The notes under the pieces were generated by a model. That model did no database searches, was not told where the DNA came from, and saw only the letters and a list, made by a program, of their open reading frames with translations. A stretch of DNA of 63,400 bases, counting the filler, from Phoronis australis (Eukaryota; Animalia; Phoronida): NCBI GenBank assembly GCA_002633005.1. It is 4 parts of 4 records of this genome, joined end to end, with 100 filler letters (N's around TTAATTAATTAA, not from the genome) between each part and the next. Parts side by side here need not be neighbours in the genome. Positions count along the whole stretch, not along the records: positions 28,211 to 56,815 come from NMRA01000005.1; 3 more parts are not named here. The stretch is one strand, 5' to 3'. Made by a program: the position numbers and the translations under genes. Below, in pieces: positions 36,355-48,936 of this stretch. Each line of letters begins with the position of its first letter. The first letter of the stretch is position 1.

Positions 36355-37619
36355 TTTCCCGAATGACGAACAGTAGGTACCGGTGGAGGGCCCGGACCAA
36401 CATCGGAAGTTGTGGGACCATCTCGCTATAGCCAGGGGAGGAGGCATCGTCGGTGAAGAAGAAGGCATGTGTGGAGGGGGCGACTCGGGACGAGTAGTTG
36501 CTGCAGGCAGGCCTGGATCGTCACTAGTAGCCCGGTAGCGTCGTCGCCAATCGTACACAAGGTACGAGGGGAGAGCATGGAACTGTCAGATCAGCGGTAT
36601 CGGAGGACGACATGAAGAAGCGACGAAGGAGAGAGGGTGTACTTCCGCAAAAAGCGTGGATTACGCGCAGCGTCACAGTTAACCATGCCGGAGCCGAAGA
36701 TGCAGATAACATACTGATCAAACAGGGGTACCTCAATCACTCGGCCCGTTCTGTGACCAGTCCATGTGGAAAATTTCTCGCTTACACTGGTCACCGCTCC
36801 GATTCCCTAAGCCTCAGACTTTTATGATCCCTATTCAACACACCCGTTGTATTGACGTAGATCTGAGCTAATGATGTGGAAAGGTAATAGCTAGCACTAC
36901 TTTCTTAACAATGGTGGTCGTTACTACACCCAACTTGTTTTTCTCTGGCATTTGCAGAGAAATGAAGCCTGCAATATGGAGAGCAGTTTTAACTTGGTAC
37001 ATTTTAAATATTTCAAAAAGACTAAAATGATAATTTGCGTTGATCTTGACAAAGGGTTACTTCCCAAAGGAACGTTGGTTTTAAATGTTTCATACCTGTA
37101 TTCATTACTTTATTTTAATAGTCCTATCTACTTGCTTTTTTCTTACCGGTTAGGGTTGGTATCTAGTTATTTTGTGTTTAAACGAAGCATCAAAACAACT
37201 TAGAAGTCAGAACCCATCCCTGAATTTTCCATATTACAGCTACACCGATATGTCACAGCAAACAATACTCCACGTGCCATTATTTCAAGTTTATTAGAAC
37301 TCAAATCATAAAATATGTACAAATGTGCAAATATGGTGATAGGCAAACTGAAGATTTGGAACCTCTGGACAATTTTGGTTGCAGTAACTACATAACTATT
37401 CTAGCTTTTTCCTCAGTCATAAAAAATGAAATCACAGCTCTTGCCCACCAACCAACCTCATCCACTGCTTGCACTCTCTTGTTGACTACAAAGCTAGCCA
37501 TCTTAGTTGTCTTCACAGGTGTTCCATTACAACTACAAGCTAACTATCGAAATTGGCGCATTTCCGCGAATAGGAGTTCTCGAACGAGCCCCCCCCCCTC
37601 CCCATTTGGCGAAGTGGAC

Positions 37620-37813
37620 ACTAAAAGGTCTGCCTCAGAGAAACAATAAGTCCGAGAAAACGAGACAAAAAGTCCACTAAGAAGGCGCAAACGCAGAATT
37701 CACAGCTCTGGACCTGGTACCCCGCTTTTTTAGTTGTTCGGCTGCTTTTGTCGGTAAAAGGTCCACATCGTCGGAAATTCGAGCCCCCCATGTTAAAGGC
37801 TGGGTGCGCGCAT
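37620..37813 (+). repeat. interspersed MITE-like end, homologous to about 57645-57852
   Basis: Shared aaaagtccactaa.aaggcgca.acgcaga...attcgagccccc...aaaggctgggtgcgcgcatg. Confidence 0.7.
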
Positions 37814-37989
37814 GCTACTCCTGGAGTAAAATAGTTCGGCATGTACTGGGCCATCAGCGATGTTTTAAAAATTATTGACATCTAATTCAGTCACTGCTTG
37901 TTGTTAATAGATGTTTCAATGTAGCTTAGTTGTATATTAAAAGAATAATCCACGTGATACTGTAAGCGGATTATTCATGGCATGTCTGG

Positions 37990-38655
37990 TTCTGCACTCA
38001 AACACCTAGGGGTATAGGCGTTTGGTGTGTTCCTGGAGGCGTTCAGATGTCGTAATATGACGATGCCGCACGGCTTCCTTGCGTAGTCGGAGGGTATCTG
38101 TGTGGTTGATATCAACTAGGGATGAAATCCTTTATTGGTCCACCAAAGATACAGAGCAGTGGCGGATTTAGAGGGGCCAATGGGTCCATGCGCCCCCTAA
38201 AATTCTCCCAGATTACATTTGGCAGGTGGAGGGTGCGAATGCCTGACGAGCAAAATCCTGGCTAATACTCTGCCCTGGACCCCCCCCCCCTAACTCAAAA
38301 TTCTGGATCCGCCCTTGCAGAGGGCAGGGAAAAGATTCGTGTTCTTATCTGAAGTGTTGCGGTACTGTCGCATGGCTCTCTGGAAAGTGTCCGTGTTGAG
38401 TTCGTCGCCAGAACCTGTGTTATCGATGATTAGGCGTTGCACAGTCTTGACGCCGACCTCGGCTACAGGGGGGTCAGCAACTGAACAGATGCGGTGGTGG
38501 ACTCCCCAGAAAGCAAGGAAGTTGCGGGTCTTTGTGGCCGTGAATTTGGGACTACCATCACTGGAGAGCTCGTCAGGGATGCCAAAGGTGACAAAGCAAC
38601 AGCGGAGGCAGTCAACGAGGCCGTCCAAACCGGAATGGGCTCGCTTAACTGAGCT
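37990..38655 (-). mobile_element. Gypsy-type integrase fragment interrupted by a MITE
   Basis: FVTFGIPDELSSDGSPKFT..WGVHHR..AEVGVKT..QYRNT..PALC, continuing as IFGGPIKDFIP beyond the insertion. Confidence 0.85.
38157..38317. mobile_element. 161-bp MITE with 5-bp TSD (hAT5-like)
   Basis: cagtggcggatttag...ctggatccgcccttg flanked by CAGAG at 38152-38156 and 38318-38322. Confidence 0.88.
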
Positions 38656-38836
38656 CTAAGACTGGAAATTAAACCCATGGCATTATGGTTACGTCCCAAA
38701 TGCTACAAAGCAGCCGTTGCAAGAATATAAAGCTACCACATAACTGGTTTATCAAGTTTAAACAAGGCTCATACTACCATCGTCTATCAGTAACCCTGAA
38801 TCAGAGACGGACGATAGAGTTGCATTGTTCGCAGAA

Positions 38837-39240
38837 CTTCTTCTTCTTCTTCTACTTCTTCAGCGTTCCCGGCCATGCAGTTTAGATGGTCAGTCTGGTC
38901 TTTTGGACAAAGTCTGAGTTTCGCAGCAATGACACTGTCGGGTCCCACAGTTTTACTTTGAGTTCCACCGGACTGGGCCATGGCTGGCGCCTTAGGGTAT
39001 TAAACGTAGGGCAGCTCTGCAGTAATTGCTCAGGAGTCTGGGGGCCAGTGCCACACGGACACTTGTGTGTGTGGAAGGTTTTCAGGCGATGCACGTGGGA
39101 GAGGAGCTGGCAGTGGCTAGTTCTTAGCCTGAAGATGATGACTTGTTCTTGCCGATCAGGCTGGTAGATGTAGTCTTCTTCAGTTCCCAGAAGTAGGCGT
39201 TCCCTCCAGGCATTTCTAAGGTGACTTCGTAGGAGGGTTT
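38837..39240 (-). mobile_element. I-group LINE 3' end with (GAA)n tail
   Basis: EQVIIFRLRTSHC..CPCGTGPQTPEQLLQSCP (decayed CCHC), stop, short UTR, then gaagaagtagaagaagaag. Confidence 0.8.
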
Positions 39241-40194
39241 GTTCACAGTTGCTATGGCTATAAAACCTTCTTCCATTAATGCAACTTAACTTTTGATTTT
39301 AACCACTTACCAGTATGAAATTGATCTCGGTTTTTCCTTATTCACATGAGAACTAATTTTTGGTCTTGCAAAGAACTGGTTGAGACCATGTCAGGTGATT
39401 GAAATGGCATGCTGTGACAAGTCACTCTATAGAGACTGTCTAAAGTAGTAACAAATTGTTAGAAATTCTCAAGCCCAAAATTCACACCTACTTTTATCAA
39501 GGAACAATTTGAGATCAACTTTATACCAATGATACGTGGTCTAGATAAAAATGTGGTTTTCGTGACAGGAGGCAGGTTTATATCCACTTTAAATTCCAAT
39601 AGAGCATAGAGTCTTTAAGAGCAGACACAAAATCTTTGATGCAAATTGTGAGGCTGCAGGTGACAAAGAAGTTAAGGAGAAGGACGGAAAACAGCTCTGA
39701 ATCCCTGCAAGATGAAAATATATAGTGACATTTGTAAGAAGACATTCAGTTTAAATTTCATTCTGAGGCTTCTATACTGAAAACTCAGACCTGTACATAT
39801 GAATCTGAAACAGTGTCATTGAATCGACAGATGGAATCACGCAAATACGAATTTCGGGGAGACGAGGGGGCTTGGGTCGCATTTTGGACTAGGAATGGGT
39901 AACTTGGTAACATACTGGCTTACAATTATGCTGATGGTGGTAAACCATGGGTGTTGATGGTTGTATGTCATGGGTGTCATGTGCACAAACAATAGGCCTT
40001 TGGAAACTGACATGCAAGTCCTGTCAGTGAAGCCTTTCTTGGTCATACAATATCCAGTTAGCCTGTGTAAGTAAACACCGCCTAACAAAGCGTTTGTGGT
40101 CCTAGCTGAGAAGATAATTGGTTTATTACAATGAGTTTTGAATAGCCAAACCTGGAATGCTGCATTATGGGGATGATTATAAATTGTTTTATAA

Positions 40195-42712
40195 AGTCCT
40201 GGTATCACACGTTGTTAATCCTTATTACATGGTTAGAGGATGTTATAAGGATCCAAGAAGTACCTACCCCATAACTAGTACACAATCTGTAATCGAATAA
40301 AGCTTAAATGAACGCGCCACTCACGATTCGCACCCGAAGAACACACCGCCATTTTGAACTTACCGCGAACCCGGAAGTACAATTCATTCAGGACCCAGAA
40401 AACGCCGTCAGTGCCACTGGAGCCGCGCCTGGTATCAGCCTGCAAACGGGGATAAAATGATCGACAGCGCGCCTTAATTTTAATAAAATCAAAATACGGA
40501 CAGTTTTATCGAATTTGCTGAAGAAATGTGGCGAATAGATTTTGACAGAAATTATTTTGCCGGACTCGGGACCGCAGCCTATCGGACCCGGTGCGGATCG
40601 AGAACAGACACTGGCGAACGGTTAAGGCATGTGGTTGAAAGCTGTTTTGTCGAAGTAAAATGTTTTAATCATAAATGCCGTATATATTCAAAGTAGTTTC
40701 AGATACTTATATAAAATTACGGGCTGGTTAGTCCTGTGTCACACTGCCGCGGCAGCCCTTAGCTAGCCTCAGTGCCAGCTACCAGTGAAGACTATCGTCA
40801 AAATACAGCTTGTTAGTTACGGCCCACACAGCTTTGCGCCAAGGCTACCCTTAGGCGTACCTGGTCCCTGGCCACAGCGCTCGCTCAAATGAGGTTTATT
40901 TAGAACTTGGGGTCCTCTGGCAAACTGTGTAAAGTTGTTGGCTTTCAACAGAGATTTGCCCAGACTTTGCATGAGCCCATGCACCAAGTCCGGGGCTGGA
41001 AGTTTTGGGAATGTCTACCTTTTACTATAAGATTCACTAGGTATGTTCAGAGCTATGAATTGCAGACGCTAAATTTTGATACTTCCTGTCTTCTAGTGGA
41101 CTTTTGTCTCGTTTTCCTACTTTTTTCGGAGTTCGTGCTTCTCTGACTGAGGCAAACCTTTTTCCATTTCTCCAAATAGGGGTCTCGTTGGAGCACATAA
41201 GTATGACAAGTCCAATACAAATCAATTTTTATTCATTAAGCCAAAATGAATCAACCTTTTACCATAATAAGTAACTTAAAATGCACAATACTTCACAACA
41301 TTTAAGCATTACAAACACTATCCAGCAGCACAAGTTTCCAGGATATGAAAGTGGACATACATGTAACTATTACCATGGTGACCGAATAGTGTTTCCTTAC
41401 ATCACAATTTGACAAGCATGATTTAAAAAATATGAAGTTGCAAGGAACGAGGCTTGAAGCTTCACAAACCAACATAGGTTATTTCTCTAATCAAGATTGT
41501 TCATATTGTTGACTATAACCTGAATTAAAAATGCAATACGGTACAGAACATGACTTGAAAGCAATTTACATTTAAATTTAAAAAAATAAGAATCATTTTG
41601 TGACACCTAATCAAGCCTTGAACAGCAGTTGACAGTCAAACAAAAAACCACTTCAAAATTATTTCAACTATTTTTTTAGCTTAGAGTAAGATCACCTGAA
41701 TAGGAAATTCACAGTAAAATAATTCGAATACATGTTATATTTTTCGTACAAAAACACGAAATTTGAACAAAGTTCCTTTTTTGTTGCTACGTTTGTCAAA
41801 ATGTATCAACGTTAAATCTTCACAAATTATTAAGTAACAGGTTGAACATGCCTTTCAGTTCGGCAAAAGTCGCCATGGTGTCGGTGCCGCCAGAAATGAG
41901 ACTAGGTCCAACGGGAATTGTGAGCACATTTGTCACTTAATAAGTAACAACTGCGAGGCTGAAATTTGGTGAAAACCGTTAAATCATGCAGGATAGTAAG
42001 TAAATATATGTCTCATTACATTTCACCGCAAAGTGTTGGCGAAAACAATTTACACAAAGTTTTAAACTCGTTACTTATCCTGCTGTCCTCCAATATGGCC
42101 GACGCGATCCAAAGTGACCCAAATTTCGCCACAAAAATTGCATACAATACTTTTTCGATTTTTACTGAGTAGAGTGTACTACCTTTCAGATGATAGCAAA
42201 GTACTTTTTCAAAACGAAAAAGAAATTCAAAACGAACAAAAATTTGGTTCGACTCATATTGGTTCCTAGGTAACTAGGTTCGCCCAACATAACAGGAACT
42301 AAACACCAATGCTATTTTAACATAATAAACAAAAGTACGCATAACATTCCAAAAAAATCAACGACCACTAACTACAAACTATAAATACACTACAGACACA
42401 AACGAATCACGAGATATTACAAATAAAACAAAATAATGAAGACTTTTCGAGCATGCGATAGCACATTCAGATACAAGGAAGAAATGGCGGCGTTCAGGAC
42501 AAGTTCCTGAACTGACAAGCAGGAAATGTGTGTACGAAAATAACCGATGACTGCCGGTAATTATACGCTCACAGAGAAGGGTCAAATACTCTTAAAAATC
42601 GCTTTTGGGAAGAAAGGCGAAAAGGATATAACGAAAGGGTATCGAAAATAAGATTTTATTTAGTAAGTATTTTCGGATTCTGGAACCACATTGGCGTTTT
42701 GAGATAAGGACT
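40195..42712. mobile_element. putative 2.5-kb non-autonomous Kolobok-like element
   Basis: Right 800 bp shared with 28211-29023 and ends AGGACT-TTAA. Candidate left end (a)taa-AGTCCT is only a short imperfect TIR. YY1/ETS-like motifs lie inside both ends. Confidence 0.45.
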
Positions 42713-44449
42713 TTAAGGCGATCAAAATAAGGTCTTTGGAAATCACGATTGCTCCCCACACCAAAATGATACACAGAATTTCAACCAGCAACTGGAGATA
42801 GATTGCAGTTATGCTACAGTTGTAATCCAGTTGAAAATGTTCAAATGTAAAATTAGTTACTTTACAACTCTTCCTTACTCAGATGGGCATCCTCAAAAGC
42901 ACTGATAAGTTGAGTAAAACACCACACTGATATGATTGAAGTAGGGATTACACAAACCTAATATAAATAACTCAAACTAAATACTGTTTCATGCTTTTCA
43001 ATGTGCATTTCATTGTTTTAATATGGAACACCAGTGACACTTGTTGCTAAAATATAAACCAAACATCATCTGCGAAGTGCACTCATCGTTCAAAAAATCT
43101 CTAATATTTGTTTGGTAAGCTGCTTGTCTGTTTCCGTAAATTTAGTTCACTACAGCTGGGGGGGTAGTTTTGTAAACTCATCTGTTAACGCTTTGGTTTA
43201 CGTGTTTTTCGTAAAAACATCACTGTGGGGCTTTGGTTGCTGGTGAACGGTGGTGGGGGTAATATGTCGTTGGAATCAAGGACACCCTGAAATATTTTAG
43301 AAATCCTGGATGAACCCCAGAATACAAATTGAACATGCTTTAAACAAGGCAAGTTGAAATACTATAAACAAAAACAGAGATACCTTTGTCTGGTTAGGAT
43401 TGCGAGTTGAGAGTTGAATAAAATGTGAAATGTCACTCAATGAGATATAAAGGAAATTAAATGGAACAATATCTCAAGGTTTCGTCAGGTGATTTGCTTC
43501 TATGATCAGTCTGGGACTCGTCAGAAGAAGTTCGTATAGGGGGTTGTTCTAAACCACTCATTCTAAAGGTACAGATGACGAAGAAGGGTTTTAACACTAC
43601 AATTTGACTCATTTTACCAGGAGCAAACACAAGATTTAAAAATGTACTTTAAGTCAATTTGTCAACAACTGTGATTTACCAGTAGGTAAAATTTATAACT
43701 GAGACAGGATCATTCTAAACTGACAGCAACATAAGAGACTTATAATGTAACATTAATATTGATGAAAATTCAGGTTTACATTAGCCATTCAAAGACGAGA
43801 GCAAGCAGACAGACTTGTACTCCAATCTTGTGACTTGATTGGCTAATTTTCTGAGGTTGTGGGTTCAAGTAATGTGCTTAGACCATACAGGCTGCAAGTA
43901 ATCATTTTTCTACACAATCTAAGATAGAAATACAGAGAAAAAGTGGTTATCAATAATCCAATAATCAGCTTCAGTTTGCCACATATATTCTTTCTTTTAA
44001 AACTTAATAAGAGAGATCAACTTACGGCTGCATGGGCATGTATAGGTACTCAGTATTCTCATAATTGGAAAAAAATAAAGCAAAACTAATTAGATATTTT
44101 CAAGTATAACCATGTTGACCAAGACTCGCCACCCACTGTACTCACTATAGGACCAACAGGGGTCTGAGCTTTCTAATAAAGCTATTGGCATGGCCAGGTG
44201 AGGGAGAGTTGGCAGCATGTCCCTAACACTTCCAACAAACTTTTCCCTTCCCTCCCCCCAGGACATTTCGTTACACCAATTGCAACATTGTTTTACTTCT
44301 TGAAATCAAGTGTAAACTACATGTACTAACCAGGGCCAGCGTGAATCAAAAATAAGTGGGAGTAACCTTGTGGCATCAAATCACAGGACAAAAAACTGAA
44401 CAGCTGATCGAATCGATTGTCTCTCTTCAAAGTGATTCGGGTCTGATGA

Positions 44450-45138
44450 CAGTGGCGGATCTAGGATATCACAAGGGGGCCCAACATTTTGTCCGGCTGT
44501 AAGCATTTGCGCAAACTGAACCACGATTGTAGATGCGCATAGCACCGAATGGGGGGAGGTCGGGAGGGGGCAAACCCCCCTTCCGCTCAGGAAATTTTTT
44601 TGCTTTTACCTCCAAAAATCAAGCATTTTCCTTGATTCCTGAAGTATTATCCAAGAAAAAAAGAAGAAAAACACGGAGAACGTGTCAAACAAGAAAAACT
44701 GAACGAACCAAAGATTTGAACTCACTCATAGAGAGCGCGTGCTTTACCACTACACCACCGCGGACTATTTTAAACTCAACAACTTTTGCTACGAACTGGT
44801 TTCACCAAATATAAAGAGCGTAATAAGCATTACGAAAAGAAGTAGGTTAGCGTGCAAACGCTGTGGACCATAAACAAGTACGTCTCTTAGTAAATCATTT
44901 TAACTGGAACGTAATGGCGCAGTGGTAGAGCACGCGCGCTTTGTCAGACAGGTCGTTAGTTGAAGTCCGTGACGTTAACAAAATTTCAGTTTTACACTTT
45001 CTCAGTGTTTTTTGGGGGAAATCCCCTCCCGAATTCCCCCCATTCGTCGCAATGCGCATCTATAATCGTGCTTTGTGCGATTGGTTACGAGACAAAATGT
45101 TACCCCCCCCCCCTTATCATATCCAATATCCGCCACTT
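44450..45138. mobile_element. composite of two inverted right-end halves of the tRNA-bearing MITE family
   Basis: 44450 to about 44770 is the reverse complement of about 33625-33938; about 44790-45138 is a diverged direct copy of about 33505-33938. Confidence 0.75.
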
Positions 45139-45274
45139 CATACGTCACATGTGTTTTCTTGTTTATTACTTTTCAGTTTAGTTTTCCCTTGATTCCGTGA
45201 GCGGTTTTCAGTTTTTTTAGAAATTATAAACTTGTGGGTTTGATATCAATTGATACTGGGTGCTGGTAAAGAAT

Positions 45275-48200
45275 GGGGCTATTCGGAAAATCTTCAATAA
45301 CTAGAGGGCGTGCGTGCACTAGTGGTGATAGATTAACAGCCTCGATTTCGCGAGCCCTTTAAATACATGGTGAAATGGCTTGCAGCCGCGCCAACTGAAC
45401 CTGAGATTGCGTAAAAAGGGTGCTTCTATGAGAGGAAGTAAGCACGACCTCATACAAAGGTAAGGTTTGTGATTATTTTAACGATTATTCCATGATTATT
45501 CTACCGATGCCTGTTAACTGAGGCACTCGCCGATGTCGACTTCGCGGCAGTCAGTCGCCAGCCAGAGTCTGGTTAATCTTTGTATGTTGTGATATGTGAT
45601 ACGATACTTGACGTAGCAATCGGGATCTTTTCGTACATCAAAGCATTATTATTGTTTGGAATGATTTCTAAAAGTTTATCAGTGACAGTTACATCAATCA
45701 ATGCTGAATGTTTATGCTGTCAACTCGATACAGGTTAATGAGTTAAGATTACAATCCAATCCCAATGGCAAAGGGTACGTGAGTGATAAATATCCATTGC
45801 ATTAGACTATTTGTTTACTCCCTATCATATGTCTTCTGGAAATCTATTACACGTTGAAATGGAAATCTATCACGTCAGTTTTCACGTAACCTTTGGTTTT
45901 TAGGTTTGAAGGCTTGTACCGTGCAGAGGAGATATGCATCGCTTCTGCACCGTCCCTGAATGGACAAAAATTGGTTTTTAGCATTTGACTGCAGCTAACC
46001 AACAAGATCTTCCCATCCAGTGCAGATCTGTTGTCAAAGCCTACTTTCAATATTGGAGACAACGAACAAAGCCTTTGAAAAGGAACAGCTATTTTTAAAG
46101 TCATTTTGTTAAATTACTTATTCAGGTCCCGAGGGGGGATTGGCATGGGGGGTTGTAATATTTGGTACAACTGAATGTGTGGAAATAACAGGTAATACAT
46201 GTTTGGGGAAAAGAGCATGGTGAGGTAATTCTTAACCTTCACGAAGTCCCTTCAAGTTGATTTCATGAAACTGTTTTGCTACTTGTATCAATTGTAAAAC
46301 CACGAAAATATATTACATTTTCCGAATTCACAGTGACTGAATAGTCTTAACTCATGCCTTGAAATGTTGCAAGTCGTTATAAATTCAAATGACTGCCATT
46401 TTTGTGAAAATTGCATTTTTGATGGTGCCTTATATGATTTGTAATAATTACTCTTAAACAACAGAAAGATTATCCATCATTTTTAAATGACCCAAGTCTT
46501 CATATCTTCTATTAGAAGAAAAACGGTTCCCTCAACCTTAGGCTAGAAGTATGCTTGACAGACCCATGAACCTGTAATCTGAGTTTAAAATTGCTGAAAG
46601 TATCAAAATTAAAAAGGCTTGAAAATGGGTAACAAAGGTTTGAAGTTGTCTCAAAAAACTTGTATATTTTACAGACAAGTGATGCGTTTAAAGAATTGTT
46701 ATGGCTAGGGATAAAAAATAAAGACACAGTTTTATGCAATACTCATTATATACACCCTTGGTTTCTGAAAATAGTAATTATTTACTTTTATGTGAAACTG
46801 TAGACCAATCACCATATATTTTTGAAAAACAGGGATAACATTTTTGATCCAATCTGGAGTACTTAATTATCCATAATATTTCAATATTTGTTCCAGGTTC
46901 AGTGACATTTTAAGGCCACGTCAAGCTGTATCATAGACAAGCTTTGTTACTCCGTTCTCTTCCCACAGCACTTCCACACACCAGCAGTGCTGCATGGCAC
47001 AATGTGCAAGTCAGTGGCCCTGGAGAAATGTGAACCGCAGTACTAAGTTACCATAAGACAATGTGCCAGTGGAGTGTCTGTGTATCCAGACGAACTATAT
47101 CTGACTGCTACACAAATAAGCCTTGTTGGCGAAGATGCCCTTTCATAGGCAATGAGTCATGTGTGGACAATAGCTTATTTCCTTTACTGGAAGAAACATG
47201 AGGGACTGAAGCTAAAGAAGACCTAGTCACACTCTGGTCTAGTCCAGAGTCTGATTTTGGGCTCAAAACTATTCAAGTGATATGCTGCTGTGTTTACCTT
47301 CAAGAGTCTAATTGTGGATGTTATTGAGGCTGAATGAGGTTACATGAAAGAAAACCACGTGTTGAAACTGGACCTTTTTTACAAGTGCTTCTATAGGCCA
47401 TTGAAACTAGAACCCAGTGAAATGAAAGCCAAAAGCTGAGTGGCATTAGATTTTCCTTTCAGAAGAAAGGCTTTATACTATTGGTAAAAACTTTTCAATT
47501 TGGTACAGATTATGGGGAAATGACATTCAGTGACTGCATCGATTGTCTTATTGTATGTTTTCAATTGTAGCTAGCTGCTGTGCACAAGATTCGAGAATAA
47601 ACAATTATCAGTGTATTTAAAAACAAATGGCAAACTGAAAAAGCACAGAAAGAAACAACATTGCGAGGGAGTCCATAATCATGCATATCAGGTGCTGAAT
47701 TACTGAATTAAGTTCCAATTCTCTCAGGTTATTGCTGAAGGATTGCTTTTCACTTTGTCCAACGGTGAAATAGATGGTCAGGCGGTTGGTCTCAGTTGTT
47801 TTTTCTTGCCTGTAACAGAATAGAAATATTAGAAAATTGTAAAAGAAAAGACAAGACAAAACTACTTTACTTTAAATGCTCCCGTGGTCAGATGTTGGTA
47901 CCTCGTTCATCTATGCTAAGTGCTCTGGGCTGCCGGTCTAGTTGGTTTCAGTTGTTTTTTCTTTCCTGTAACAGAATAGAAAAATTGGCAAAAGACAAGA
48001 CAAAACTACTTTTGTTAGGCAGAACATACTTGACATTTCATCTTCATGTTTATGTGTAGAAACTAATAACCTTTGTACCCAAGTCTTATTTAATATCTGA
48101 ATTAAAATATGTGAAACAGGCTAAAAGTGATTTAACAATGTGTATTTTTCATGACACTTAAAATGTGCTTCTGATCTCAACAAGTAAAATTCATTCTAGG

Positions 48201-48936
48201 TGGTGTCAATTTATTTCCAATGCAATGTTACGACATTTACTGAATTAAGGCCTAGTTATGTTAATTCGATAACTTAGCTGGTGGTCCTGGGGGTGGGGTC
48301 CACGATAAAATAAGGAAACTCACTCATCTAGAGAATATTATTGGAAACAGCATAGTTTTGAAGAGAAACTGCTGTGAAAAAGTCACTCTTGACTTCTGTG
48401 CATCACGTACCATACACCTCTTATTTTGGGAGCAATCACACCCAGAACAATGTGAATATGTGCTGCTAGCCTACCCGGCATCGGTGAGTTTCCAAAAAGA
48501 AACACTTAGTTCCACTCAATAAAACTGTTATTCAGTGGGGTAACTGGTGGGGATAACATCACCGAACGATGTTGATAGAAACTGATTGCTAAAAACTTAC
48601 CAAGTAATGCTGTGTAGTCTCCGAATGGAACTGCATAGTCATAGACATAGAGAGCACACACAGGGCTTCAGCATCCACACACTTTTTGTCAGTTAGTTGA
48701 CCCTGTTGACCGCAATTGTCCACGAATATAGTAATCTTAGGTCTTTTGAGAATTTGTGGCCACCTGTCGAAGACTTGCACCAGGGAAATTAGCAGTAATA
48801 AGGCTTAGCGCGACGACGTATTTTGATAAAAATTCCATCTTTTACCAGTTGTTTACATGCAGACAGCCACGCATGCGCAATTCAATCACCACTAGTACAG
48901 TAGTGACACCGCGAGGAGAATTCTCCGAATAGCCCC
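45275..48936. mobile_element. 3.66-kb decayed TIR DNA transposon, ISL2EU-like
   Basis: TIR GGGGCTATTCGGA(A/G)AAT at both ends with AT flanks; subterminal actagtggtgat also mirrored; decayed spliced coding remnants inside. Confidence 0.75.
45392..45459 (+). pseudogene. SAP-domain-like exon remnant inside the TIR element
   Basis: QLNLRLRKKGASMRGSKHDLIQR then a gtaagg donor; candidate acceptor ttttag at 45903. Confidence 0.5.

Noticed and set aside
48589-48780. Transposase DNCGGQ-type motif (IFVDNCGQQ)
   Set aside because: Short match in a probably frameshifted remnant, with no supporting motifs.
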